From a virus (Duplodnaviria > Heunggongvirae > Uroviricota > Caudoviricetes), in the IMG/VR virus record IMGVR_UViG_2713896778_000031: 13,867 nucleotides of DNA; one strand, 5' to 3'. Made by a program: the position numbers and the translations under genes. This document shows, in pieces, positions 1 to 8,300 of the stretch. Every line of letters begins with the position of its first letter. The first letter of the stretch is position 1. The notes beneath the pieces are model-generated. The model was not told the origin of the DNA. It searched no databases and saw nothing but the letters and a program-made list of their open reading frames with translations.

Positions 1-279
1 TAGTCATCCTGTTTACCTCTTTCTCAGGGAGTTTAGTCTCCAGGATTTCCGGGGCGGTTCAGTTTGCGAAAGAATGGGGCTGCGTTAATTAATTTTGTGG
101 ATGGTCGAGTGACAGACGGATTTATCTTGCGCGAAGGTGAGTTTGTCACTTCATTACAGGCACTGAAAGAGATCGGAATAAAAGCAGGCTTTTCAGCTTT
201 TGCAGAAGAATAAACTCATCTACAATCTTGCGCGGGGCTGAACTCCCGCTGAGTAACACCGTGCCACCGGAGAAAACCG

Positions 280-558
280 ATGGCACGCAACGTAAAATAT
301 TACAATTCTGATAATTCGCCCGTTCTTGTCTGCACGCACGAGCGGTATTCTCACGCATTCAAGTCTGAATGGTTCCAACACCCTCCATGCACTGAAGAGC
401 AGGCTGAATGGATAATTCAGTGTTACCGCAGGCGCGGATACGAGGTTAAGAAAGCCCTTAGTCTCGACTACCGTCACTGGATAATCTCAGTCAGATTGCC
501 TTACTCCGAACGCCCACCGCGTCCGTCCCGTACATTCCAGCAACGCATCTGGAGGTAA
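280..558 (+). CDS. Hypothetical small prophage protein (92 aa), immediately upstream of the DUF968 gene
   Basis: ATG ORF with GGAG about 9 nt upstream; stop TAA at 556-558 sits 1 nt before the GTG start of the next gene (operon-like packing). No recognisable motif; function not inferred. Confidence 0.45.
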   Translation: MARNVKYYNSDNSPVLVCTHERYSHAFKSEWFQHPPCTEEQAEWIIQCYRRRGYEVKKALSLDYRHWIISVRLPYSERPPRPSRTFQQRIWR

Positions 559-559
559 C

Positions 560-1553
560 GTGCGGGTATTACTTCGACCTGTTCTGGTACCGGAACTCGG
601 GCTGGTGGTCGTTAAGCCGGGCCGTGAATCCATGCCGGTATTCCACAATACCCGGGTACTGGTGGAGCCGGAACCGAAAAGCATGCGTAATCTGCCGTCC
701 GGGGTCGTTCCTGCCGTTCGCCAGCCGCTGGTGGAAGACAAAACATTGCTGCCGTTTTTCAGTAACGCACGGGTAATTCGTGCTGCTGGTGGTGCTGGTG
801 CATTGTCTGACTGGCTGTTGCGCCATATTAAATCCTGCCAGTGGCCACACGGCGATTATCATCACAGCGAAACCGTTATTCACCGATATGGTACCGGCGC
901 AATGGTGTTGTGCTGGCACTGCGACAACCAGCTGCGTGACCAGACATCNNNNNNNNNNNNNNNNNNNNNNNNNNNNNNNNNNNNNNNNNNNNNNNNNNTT
1001 ATCCTGGTGGGCGGTCCGCAATCAGGTGGCGGACGCGCTACCGGAAGCGGTATTACGTCGCTCGCTGGGATTACCAGCGGAAAAAAACTGCTCGGTGTAC
1101 CGCGAAAGCGACATCGTACCGGGAGAGCAGACCGCCACCAGCATATTGAAACAGCGCACAAAAAATCTTGCACCGTTGCCTCACGCCCACCAGCAACAAA
1201 ACCCATCACAGGAAAAGACGGTGGTAAGCATCACCGTTGATCCAGAGTCTCCGGAATCTTTCATGAAGCTGCCTAAACGTCACCGTTGGGTTAAGGAGAA
1301 ATACACACGCTGGGTTAAGACACAGCCGTGTGCTTGCTGCGGTATGCCAGCCGACGATCCGCATCATCTGATTGGTCACGGGCAGGGCGGAATGGGAACC
1401 AAAGCACATGATCTCTTTGTGTTGCCTTTGTGCAGAAAGCATCACGACGAGCTGCATGCGAATACCGTGGCATTTGAAGAGAAGTATGGCTCCCAGCTGG
1501 AGCTGATATTTCGTTTTATCGATCGTGCGCTGGCAATAGGCGTACTGGCGTAA
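560..1553 (+). CDS. DUF968-family prophage protein (YdfU-like), interrupted by an N-run; reading frame differs on the two sides of the gap
   Basis: GTG start at 560 preceded by GGAGG. The C-terminal part (999-1553) carries a Cys/His cluster (CACCG...HH...H...C...HH...H) that I recall as typical of DUF968 proteins found upstream of Q in Qin-like prophages. The protein-like frame is frame 2 before the N-run and frame 0 after it. Confidence 0.55.
949..998. other. Run of 50 N (masked bases or assembly gap) inside the DUF968 gene
   Basis: Directly visible in the sequence; the flanking coding frames are not compatible with an exactly 50-nt in-frame segment. Confidence 0.95.
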
Positions 1554-1566
1554 GTGGAGAACGAGC

Positions 1567-2301
1567 ATGAACCTTGAAGCTTTACCAAAATATTACTCCC
1601 CAAAATCTCCAAAATTGAGTGATGACGCACCGGCGACAGGCTCGGGTGGTTTAACAATAACAGATGTGATGGCTGCGCAGGGGATGGTGCAGTCGAAAGC
1701 TCCGCTTGGTTTTGCCTTATTCCTGGCAAAAGTTGGTGTTCAGGATCCTCAGTTTGCGATTGAAGGTCTGCTCAATTANNNNNNNNNNNNNNNNNNNNNN
1801 NNNNNNNNNNNNNNNNNNNNNNNNNNNNACCTTGTGAATTTTGCCTTTGCTGATTATTCCAGGTCTGCGGCAAGTAAGGCTCGCTGTGAGTATTGTGCTG
1901 GTACTGGATTTCATAATGTATTGCGCGAAGTGGTGAAACACTCCAGAAGTGGGGAATCTGTTATCAAGGAAGAGTGGGTGAAGGAACTATGTCAGCATTG
2001 CCATGGTAAGGGAGAAGTCAGCACAGCGTGCAGAGGGTGTAAGGGGAAAGGTATTGTCCTGGATGAAAAAAGAACCCGGCTTCATAGCACGCCTGTTTAT
2101 AAGGTTTGTGGGCGTTGCAATGGAAACCGGTTTAGTCGTTTATCAACGACACTGGCGCGGTGTCATGTCCAGAAGCTGGTACCAGACCTGACGGATTATC
2201 AGTGGTACAAAGGATATGCAGATGTCATTGATAAACTGGTTACAAAGTGCTGGCAGGAAGAAGCATATGCTGAGGTGCAATTAAGAAAAGTGACGAGATA
2301 A
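1567..2301 (+). CDS. Late-gene antiterminator Q (phage 82/21-type, QuuQ-like), 244 aa with an internal N-run
   Basis: Position between the DUF968 gene and the lysis cassette; several CxxC pairs (CEYCAGTG, CQHCHGKG, CRGCKGKG, CGRCNG) consistent with a zinc-binding Q protein; size matches Qin QuuQ (about 250 aa). Frame is preserved across the N-run. Confidence 0.7.
   Translation: MNLEALPKYYSPKSPKLSDDAPATGSGGLTITDVMAAQGMVQSKAPLGFALFLAKVGVQDPQFAIEGLLNXXXXXXXXXXXXXXXXXXLVNFAFADYSRSAASKARCEYCAGTGFHNVLREVVKHSRSGESVIKEEWVKELCQHCHGKGEVSTACRGCKGKGIVLDEKRTRLHSTPVYKVCGRCNGNRFSRLSTTLARCHVQKLVPDLTDYQWYKGYADVIDKLVTKCWQEEAYAEVQLRKVTR
1779..1828. other. Run of 50 N (masked bases or assembly gap) inside the Q gene
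   Basis: Directly visible; the coding frame continues unchanged across it. Confidence 0.95.
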
Positions 2302-2440
2302 ATGATTTTCACCGAACGATGGCGACATAACGATTGTATTTTCTAAGGAAACGTGCAAAGAGTTTTCCAATGATGAGCCTTATATGCATACCTGTGGAAA
2401 ATATCAATAAGCCGCGCAGAGTGGTTTTTTTGTGGACATA
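2302..2440 (+). promoter_or_regulatory. Putative late-promoter/qut-like region immediately downstream of Q
   Basis: Lambdoid phages place the late promoter and Q-utilisation site directly after Q (established). A homologous copy of this segment recurs at about 3996-4131 ending in a clean terminator. The exact -35/-10 elements could not be assigned. Confidence 0.3.
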
Positions 2441-2551
2441 AACTTTGTGCAGAACGGTAACCATTATGGTTGCCGTGAATGCAGTTTTTTTACATTGCTG
2501 GCTTTTTTAGATTTGTGTTAGTTATTGATATTAACAAGAAGGGGAAAAGAC

Positions 2552-2653
2552 ATGCTAAAACGGCAGGATATGAAGGAAACGGTTATGCGTGAATGTTCCA
2601 GTGTGATTAACCATATCATCTGGAGAAGCCATCCTGATGCAGGGAAGAGGTAA
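2552..2653 (+). CDS. Small ORF (33 aa), candidate small protein
   Basis: ATG preceded by AAGGGGAAAAG; no recognisable motif; too short to support by composition. Confidence 0.2.
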   Translation: MLKRQDMKETVMRECSSVINHIIWRSHPDAGKR

Positions 2654-3062
2654 CAGTAACGCGCATCAATCAGGCTGCAAATAAATGGCTTACGCCGGAA
2701 ATCTGGCTATCGATGTATTACCGGTTTGTTACCCATGAAGAAAATTAAGGTGATAACGAAACTGATTTTATAGGTGTCTTGTCAGAGTGTTGCGATGAAA
2801 CTTGTGTTGGCAGTGCAGGGAAAACAGTAGGATGAAAATTATAAATTGCTTTAAATGAGCTTGATTTTCCTCATGTTATGAGATATTTGTCTTATATTGC
2901 TGGTTAATTATGAAAGTTTTTGTAAATCTACAGCAATAAAATCCATATTAATTAAAGCACTAGATGCGTTTCTGATTTGTGCATGAAACATACATATCAT
3001 AATGATTAATTGCATCTATAATTACAGATACAGCATTGTGCTGTTAAAAAACTGGAGTCCCC

Positions 3063-3170
3063 ATGAATACATTATATGTAAGTGATTCAAATGAAAAATC
3101 TCATGACAGGAATAAAAACAATGAGGATAGTAAGGGTAAGGATAATAAAAAAGACAACCGGAAAGAGTAA
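3063..3170 (+). CDS. Small ORF (35 aa) encoding a very hydrophilic K/N/D-rich peptide
   Basis: GGAG 5 nt upstream of the ATG; lies in an AT-rich segment; a strong + strand terminator follows at 3377-3405. Overlaps an antisense ORF, so coding status is uncertain. Confidence 0.25.
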   Translation: MNTLYVSDSNEKSHDRNKNNEDSKGKDNKKDNRKE

Positions 3171-3205
3171 ATAATCTTTCCTGCATAAAAATACTAGGGT
3201 GGAAT

Positions 3206-3325
3206 ATGTCAGAACATCCAGATTTTGATGACCGTAAGCCTGATGATGAGCCCGTTGAGCGTCCTGATGAGGGGCAACCATTGAACCCTTTTTCACCGGA
3301 TGATAAAAGAGATCCTATTATTTAG
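3206..3325 (+). CDS. Small ORF (39 aa) encoding an acidic, proline-rich peptide (MSEHPDFDDRKPDDEPVERPDEGQPLNPFSPDDKRDPII)
   Basis: GGGTGG upstream of the ATG; a + strand intrinsic terminator about 50 nt downstream; tandem with the previous small ORF. Confidence 0.3.
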   Translation: MSEHPDFDDRKPDDEPVERPDEGQPLNPFSPDDKRDPII

Positions 3326-3376
3326 ATATAGCAGAATATAGCCGTTTAAAGTAGGTTGTGTTTTGTTGCTATCCTT

Positions 3377-3405
3377 AAACCACCTCCACAGGAGGTGGTT
3401 TTTTA
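3377..3405 (+). terminator. Rho-independent terminator
   Basis: 11-bp perfect stem (AAACCACCTCC / GGAGGTGGTTT) with a 3-nt loop, followed by a T-run. Confidence 0.7.
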
Positions 3406-3461
3406 CTAATGGAACATTAATTGGCAGATGTGATTGTGTACGACTTATGGGAGGCTTAAGA

Positions 3462-3647
3462 TTATTTTCTGCCAATAATAAAACCAAGCGTTAACCCTAT
3501 GCTTAGAGCAACCACCACGCTAGTCAGTGGATAATTTCTAAATTTATCTTTAACGTTTTCTTTGCCTCCCTGCAAAGCATCGTCAGCACATGATGCATAT
3601 TTTTTGACAGTATTAACTATTTCGTTTTCAGATTGATTTGAAGTCAT
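3462..3647 (-). CDS. Small membrane-anchored protein (61 aa) with a DUF883 (ElaB/YqjD)-like C-terminal anchor
   Basis: ATG at 3647 with AGGAC 7 nt upstream; the longer 94-aa form in the ORF track starts at a TTG. The C-terminus NYPLTSVVVALSIGLTLGFIIGRK matches the pattern I recall for ElaB/YqjD tail anchors (hydrophobic helix ending in basic residues). Confidence 0.4.
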   Translation of the reverse strand: MTSNQSENEIVNTVKKYASCADDALQGGKENVKDKFRNYPLTSVVVALSIGLTLGFIIGRK

Positions 3648-3831
3648 GTTTGAAGTCCTGATGTTAAGTGGCTTTTTAATTATAGCAGATATGCTTTCAA
3701 TGATAGGGCGGAGAGTTGTTATTGAGGTGATACTATGACCACTCAATCAACATTACATAAAATGACGTTTACTCCTGTTTGGCACAGTAGCAGAATTTTG
3801 CTTCTGCTACTGAAGTCGCTTTAGCACTAGA

Positions 3832-3995
3832 ATATGCAGATGGATAAAGCAGTTCAGCGTATGTACTGCGTCATGCATATCGGTCTTGCAGATATGACGA
3901 GAAGGGGAGACAAGGTGTGTGTAATGTAGAAGTCTTTAAAGTGCTGTCTGGGATAACTCTATGCTGAAGTGCAATTGATAAAAGTAACACGATAA
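3832..3995 (+). pseudogene. Diverged remnant of a second Q-gene 3-prime end
   Basis: Nucleotide similarity to the end of the intact Q gene (ATATGCAGATG..., AAAGTGCTG..., ATGCTGAAGTGCAATTGATAAAAGTAACACGATAA versus ATGCTGAGGTGCAATTAAGAAAAGTGACGAGATAA). Translates to ...YAEVQLIKVTR-stop, matching the Q C-terminus YAEVQLRKVTR, but has an in-frame stop just upstream. Confidence 0.5.
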
Positions 3996-4101
3996 AGGTT
4001 TTTCAATGAAGATGGTAACGTGATGCTTGCATTTTTCAAAAAAATATGGATAAAGTTTTTTCAACGATGGGCTTTGTATACCCGACGTTAAGAAAAAGTA
4101 G

Positions 4102-4131
4102 AAAACCCGCTGATGAGCGGGTTTTGTGCTT
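4102..4131. terminator. Rho-independent terminator (tR-prime-like), possibly bidirectional
   Basis: 9-bp stem AAAACCCGC / GCGGGTTTT with loop TGATGA, followed by TTTTGTGCTTT; an A-run on the other side gives a T-run on the minus strand. Sits about 110 nt after the Q-remnant stop, where lambdoid tR-prime would be expected. Confidence 0.6.
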
Positions 4132-4417
4132 TAAATGGGGCAATGGTAATGTTGAATCTCATCCCGGGACTCATGTCTGTTAACTTATTATTTAGCTGGT
4201 GACTTGGTTATTTGCCTGATGTTTAAAATGTTTTCTTCCAGTACAATGTCCCTAAACACAATGAGTCTGCTTATTATATTATTAGCAGAGCTATTACGGC
4301 CAAAGTACAGCATAAGCTTTTAAAGCCAATCAACCAGTCATCAAGACAGACGGGGTTATTCATAAAAACTCTCCATGTGTGATCCGATGGGGCCTGAAAT
4401 TAAAGCTTTAATATAGC

Positions 4418-4630
4418 TCATGAAAGGTAAACATTGGCAGCTGAAGGGCCACGCAGACCATTTATCCGGCAAAATTCCACGCGTAATCCGGTGGTAATTT
4501 CTTCTGCATCGCGGAGATTGAGCGCTGAAACATGAAGCTGGACATCGATACGACCATCGGATGGGGTGATAAGACCCTTGCCGCTTTTGCCGTCAAAGGT
4601 TTTGACAATTCCTGTCATTTTACGGGACAA
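4418..4630 (-). CDS. cspF: Cold-shock-domain protein, CspF/CspH-type (70 aa)
   Basis: [13 protein letters not shown]...[16 protein letters not shown] is a CspA-family fold with the TFD variant typical of CspF/CspH; divergent from cspB as in the Qin prophage. Confidence 0.8.
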
Positions 4631-4884
4631 AAAAATTCCTTAACACTGATAACTTGGCGCACTATACACACGTTCCTGAAGAAAGCTATAGTGTTTTGAT
4701 GGGGTTGAAGATGGCTGGATGTCTAAAATAAACATTGCTTCATATGTTCAACTATGCGTTAATGATTGCGTCGGTTTGAAGAACAGACGATATACGAAGT
4801 AGTTTACTAAAGCAGTTCTCATTTCAGGTGTTATTCACTTATTCCTTCTTTGAGTCTCTCCAATTAAGTACGAAGTCGTTTCTG

Positions 4885-4930
4885 TTATGCAAACCATTTA
4901 TGCCGAAAGGCTCAAGTTAAGGAATGTAGA
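4885..4930 (+). promoter_or_regulatory. Conserved csp-type 5-prime UTR element upstream of cspB
   Basis: GCCGAAAGGCTCAAGTTAAGGAATGTAGA directly before the ATG closely resembles the conserved cspA-family leader/RBS region as I recall it. Confidence 0.5.
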
Positions 4931-5146
4931 ATGTCAAATAAAATGACTGGTTTAGTAAAATGGTTTAACGCTGATAAAGGTTTCGGCTTTATTTCTCCTG
5001 TTGATGGTAGTAAAGATGTGTTTGTGCATTTTTCTGCGATTCAGAATGATAATTATCGAACCTTATTTGAAGGTCAAAAGGTTACCTTCTCTATAGAGAG
5101 TGGTGCTAAAGGTCCTGCAGCAGTAAATGTCATCATTACTGATTAA
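4931..5146 (+). CDS. cspB: Cold shock protein CspB-type (71 aa)
   Basis: [21 protein letters not shown]...VFVHFSAIQ carries the RNP1/RNP2 motifs of CspA-family proteins; paired divergently with cspF and located beside the lysis cassette as in Qin. Confidence 0.8.
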   Translation: MSNKMTGLVKWFNADKGFGFISPVDGSKDVFVHFSAIQNDNYRTLFEGQKVTFSIESGAKGPAAVNVIITD

Positions 5147-5257
5147 AATTCATCGCTCGTCTGTATACGATAACGAAGAAGGCTGATGCCTGAGTAGAGA
5201 TACGGACAGAGTAGTGAATATTGGATCTCTTTAATAAAAAGTAAGGAGGTCCAATAC

Positions 5258-5293
5258 ATGAAACAATGGCCAGCATATTTGGCAAAATCTTAA
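5258..5293 (+). CDS. Tiny ORF (11 aa, MKQWPAYLAKS) with a near-perfect Shine-Dalgarno sequence
   Basis: TAAGGAGGT followed by a 7-nt spacer and ATG; could equally be a leader peptide or a truncated gene start. Very short, so low confidence. Confidence 0.2.
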   Translation: MKQWPAYLAKS

Positions 5294-5427
5294 TCAGGAA
5301 AAGTATGCTAACCATTGGGGTGAAGTGCAGGTTTGCTGCATGAATAGTTTCACAACAGAAGCTAACTGCTGGCATCGCAAAACAAAGTGCGTAAGTGGAT
5401 GACTCCCACAAAAAGCACCACAATCTC

Positions 5428-5451
5428 AAACCCGCTCAGGCGGGTTTTTTA
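5428..5451 (+). terminator. Rho-independent terminator
   Basis: 8-bp stem AAACCCGC / GCGGGTTT with loop TCAG, followed by TTTTTT. Confidence 0.7.
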
Positions 5452-5509
5452 TTATCTGCTTTAAATATATTATTAAAATATAAAAAATACTTGTTACTAA
5501 TAAAATCAA

Positions 5510-5680
5510 TCAGGCTACAGCTTTAAGATTTGTCTGGAATACTTTGTTGCAATGAGGGCAGATCAAAAGGGCACCTTTTTGTACTCTTGAAAAACTGTGT
5601 TCTGACTCTTGGGTGCAGTTTGGGCAGGAACATTTAACGAGATAATTACGGCGTGATTTTGAGTCTTTACGTTCTGACAT
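5510..5680 (-). CDS. Small zinc-ribbon protein (56 aa; CxCPxC ... CPHC), possibly YnfU-type
   Basis: ATG at 5680 with AGGA 7 nt upstream (the 73-aa track ORF uses an upstream alternative start). Two Cys pairs about 20 residues apart. The link to Qin YnfU is from memory of size and context only. Confidence 0.45.
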   Translation of the reverse strand: MSERKDSKSRRNYLVKCSCPNCTQESEHSFSRVQKGALLICPHCNKVFQTNLKAVA

Positions 5681-5899
5681 AGGCTTTTCCTGTATAAATG
5701 GCCGTATACAGTACACTAAATATGAAAACATTTCTCGTATTATTATTTTATATATGACTTTCTTTCAAAATAATTACCCACATTTTTAATGTGTATGTTT
5801 TTTTAGCGCCGTTGAGAACAACGTGTGCTGTCAAAACTACCCCGTAGACTCCGATCTTTTCAAACATATTGCACCATCCGTGTACATCGGGGTGAGGAT

Positions 5900-6115
5900 A
5901 TGAAATCAATGGATAAGTTAACAACAGGTGTTGCCTATGGCACATCGGCGGGTAATGCTGGTTTCTGGGCATTGCCGTTACTCGATAAAGTAACTCCGTC
6001 ACAGTGGGCTGCAATCGGTGTGCTGGGTAGCCTGGTTTTTGGCCTGCTGACGTATCTGACAAATCTTTATTTCAAGATTAAAGAAGACAGGCGTAAGGCT
6101 GCGAGAGGAGAGTAA
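5900..6115 (+). CDS. Class II holin/pinholin of the phage 21 S type (EssQ-like), with the dual start MKSM
   Basis: [23 protein letters not shown]...[38 protein letters not shown] closely matches the S21 holin as I recall it: two transmembrane segments, charged C-terminus, two in-frame starts (5900 and 5909). The upstream 5825 start in the track is unlikely. Confidence 0.8.
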   Translation: MKSMDKLTTGVAYGTSAGNAGFWALPLLDKVTPSQWAAIGVLGSLVFGLLTYLTNLYFKIKEDRRKAARGE

Positions 6116-6119
6116 TCCA

Positions 6120-6308
6120 ATGACTCAAGACTATGAACTGGTTGTGAAAGGAGTCCGTAATTTTGAGAATAAAGTTACGGTAACTGTAGCCTTACAGGAC
6201 AAAGAACGCTTTGACGGTGAAATTTTTGACCTGGATGTCGCCATGGACCGTGTTGAAGGAGCTGCGCTGGAGTTTTATGAGGCAGCAGCCAGAAGGAGCG
6301 TCCGGTAA
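6120..6308 (+). CDS. Small protein between holin and endolysin (62 aa, YdfR-like by position)
   Basis: Tightly packed between the holin stop (6115) and the endolysin, at the position YdfR occupies in Qin; no motif recognised. Confidence 0.45.
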   Translation: MTQDYELVVKGVRNFENKVTVTVALQDKERFDGEIFDLDVAMDRVEGAALEFYEAAARRSVR

Positions 6309-6427
6309 GTCTTCCTGGAAGTAGCAGAAAAATTGTCAGAAAAAGTTGAGTCTTATCTGCAGCATCAGTACTCCTTTAAGATTGAAAATCCTGCCAATAA
6401 GCACGAGCGTCCTCATCATAAATATCT

Positions 6428-7455
<1,028 letters not shown>

Positions 7456-7816
7456 GGTAATATTAAATCGGAACATTTACATCGCGGAATGTAAAATTTA
7501 AATAAAAAGGACTCTTCCATGAGCCAAAATTCCTGAAATCTTAAGGGTAAGAAAAGGTCTTAATCAGAATGACACGTTTTATTAATAAATAAAGCTATTC
7601 TTTCATTGCTGTGTTTTTCTTTACAAAAGTAATCCTTGCTATGGGTGGTTAATCATGCGTTAATGGTGTTCTGGTTTGTTACAAATTTATCTGAAGCAGT
7701 CATTGTTATAATTTTATTATTTGTACCTCTTGGGATTTCCTTGTTGGTTTTTCTCTCTGATATTTTTTTTTCGGACCATTCTGCCCAAGGGCTAATTTCT
7801 TCAAAAGGTAATAATT

Positions 7817-8029
7817 ATGTCTAACAAAATGACTGGTTTAGTGAAATGGTTTAACCCTGAAAAAGGTTTTGGTTTCATCACGCCGAAAGATGGCAGCAAA
7901 GATGTGTTTGTCCATTTCTCAGCAATTCAGAGCAACGATTTCAAAACATTAACTGAGAATCAGGAAGTTGAATTTGGTATTGAGAACGGACCTAAAGGTC
8001 CTGCCGCTGTTCATGTAGTGGCGCTTTGA
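7817..8029 (+). CDS. cspI: Cold shock protein CspI-type (70 aa)
   Basis: [38 protein letters not shown]...; third CspA-family paralogue, located downstream of the lysis cassette as in Qin. Confidence 0.8.
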   Translation: MSNKMTGLVKWFNPEKGFGFITPKDGSKDVFVHFSAIQSNDFKTLTENQEVEFGIENGPKGPAAVHVVAL

Positions 8030-8057
8030 GGTAGACAATATTACAAACCATATTCAC

Positions 8058-8228
8058 TTTAGATGCCCGTGTTGTCATGGTTCCCAGTATAGAACATCAT
8101 CTTTTGATGTTTCTGACATGAATCCTTTCGGGGCAAAATGTATCTTTTGTAAATCAATGATGATTACATTTGATAATATTTCACAATACTTAAATGCCAG
8201 CCGTCTGTCGTTGGATTTAAAAAAGTGA
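8058..8228 (+). pseudogene. Small zinc-ribbon ORF (FRCPCCHG ... CIFCKS) lacking a canonical start codon upstream of the first Cys pair
   Basis: Frame is open from 8019 to the TGA at 8226-8228 and encodes two Cys pairs about 20 residues apart, but the only in-frame ATG (8118) lies after the first pair. No terminator separates it from cspI; a strong terminator follows it. Confidence 0.3.
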
Positions 8229-8233
8229 AAATG

Positions 8234-8258
8234 AAGGCTCCTTCGGGAGCTTTTTTGC
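8234..8258 (+). terminator. Rho-independent terminator
   Basis: Stem AAGGCTCC / GGAGCTTT around a TTCG tetraloop, followed by a T-run. Confidence 0.7.
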
Positions 8259-8300
8259 TTGGTGTCTATTCGATGGATACTCACATACTACGGTAACATC

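Noticed and set aside
146-477. Minus-strand ORFs 146-358 and 220-477
   Set aside because: They overlap the + strand ORF at 280-558 and its upstream region on the opposite strand, with no RBS or motif; judged antisense artefacts.
780-1240. Alternative frames across the first N-run (780-948 in frame 0 and 999-1240 in frame 2)
   Set aside because: Only frame 2 before the gap and frame 0 after it give protein-like sequence with the DUF968 Cys/His cluster; the other halves are low-complexity Gly/Arg or Cys-rich artefacts.
487-1941. Minus-strand ORFs overlapping the DUF968 and Q genes (487-741, 569-1021, 880-1209, 1206-1568, 1442-1729, 1717-1941)
   Set aside because: Entirely antisense to coding sequence with recognisable motifs; several read through N-runs; low-complexity Arg/Pro/Ser-rich translations typical of antisense frames in GC-richer genes.
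2003-2191. + strand ORF in an alternative frame inside Q
   Set aside because: Nested within the Q coding frame; no independent signals.
3087-3487. Minus-strand ORFs 3087-3296 and 3293-3487
   Set aside because: The second spans the strong + strand terminator hairpin at 3377-3405 and uses non-ATG starts. The first is kept only as a caveat in the finding on the tandem small ORFs, since its hydrophobic tail may just be the complement of Lys/Asn codons.
3648-3746. Upstream extension of the DUF883-like gene to the TTG start at 3746
   Set aside because: The internal ATG at 3647 has a proper AGGA RBS; the extension begins at a TTG with no RBS.
5136-5429. Minus-strand 97-aa ORF downstream of cspB
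   Set aside because: Runs antisense through the region ending at the + strand terminator; no RBS; Cys/Phe-rich low-complexity translation.
5748-6062. Minus-strand ORF overlapping the holin, and the upstream extension of the holin to 5825
   Set aside because: The holin frame with the S21-like MKSM dual start is clearly the real gene; the extension adds 25 residues without similarity, and the antisense ORF overlaps it.
7636-7824. 62-aa hydrophobic ORF directly upstream of cspI
   Set aside because: Lies within the long cspI 5-prime untranslated leader, overlaps the cspI start, and has no RBS; Phe/Leu/Val-rich translation of T-rich DNA.
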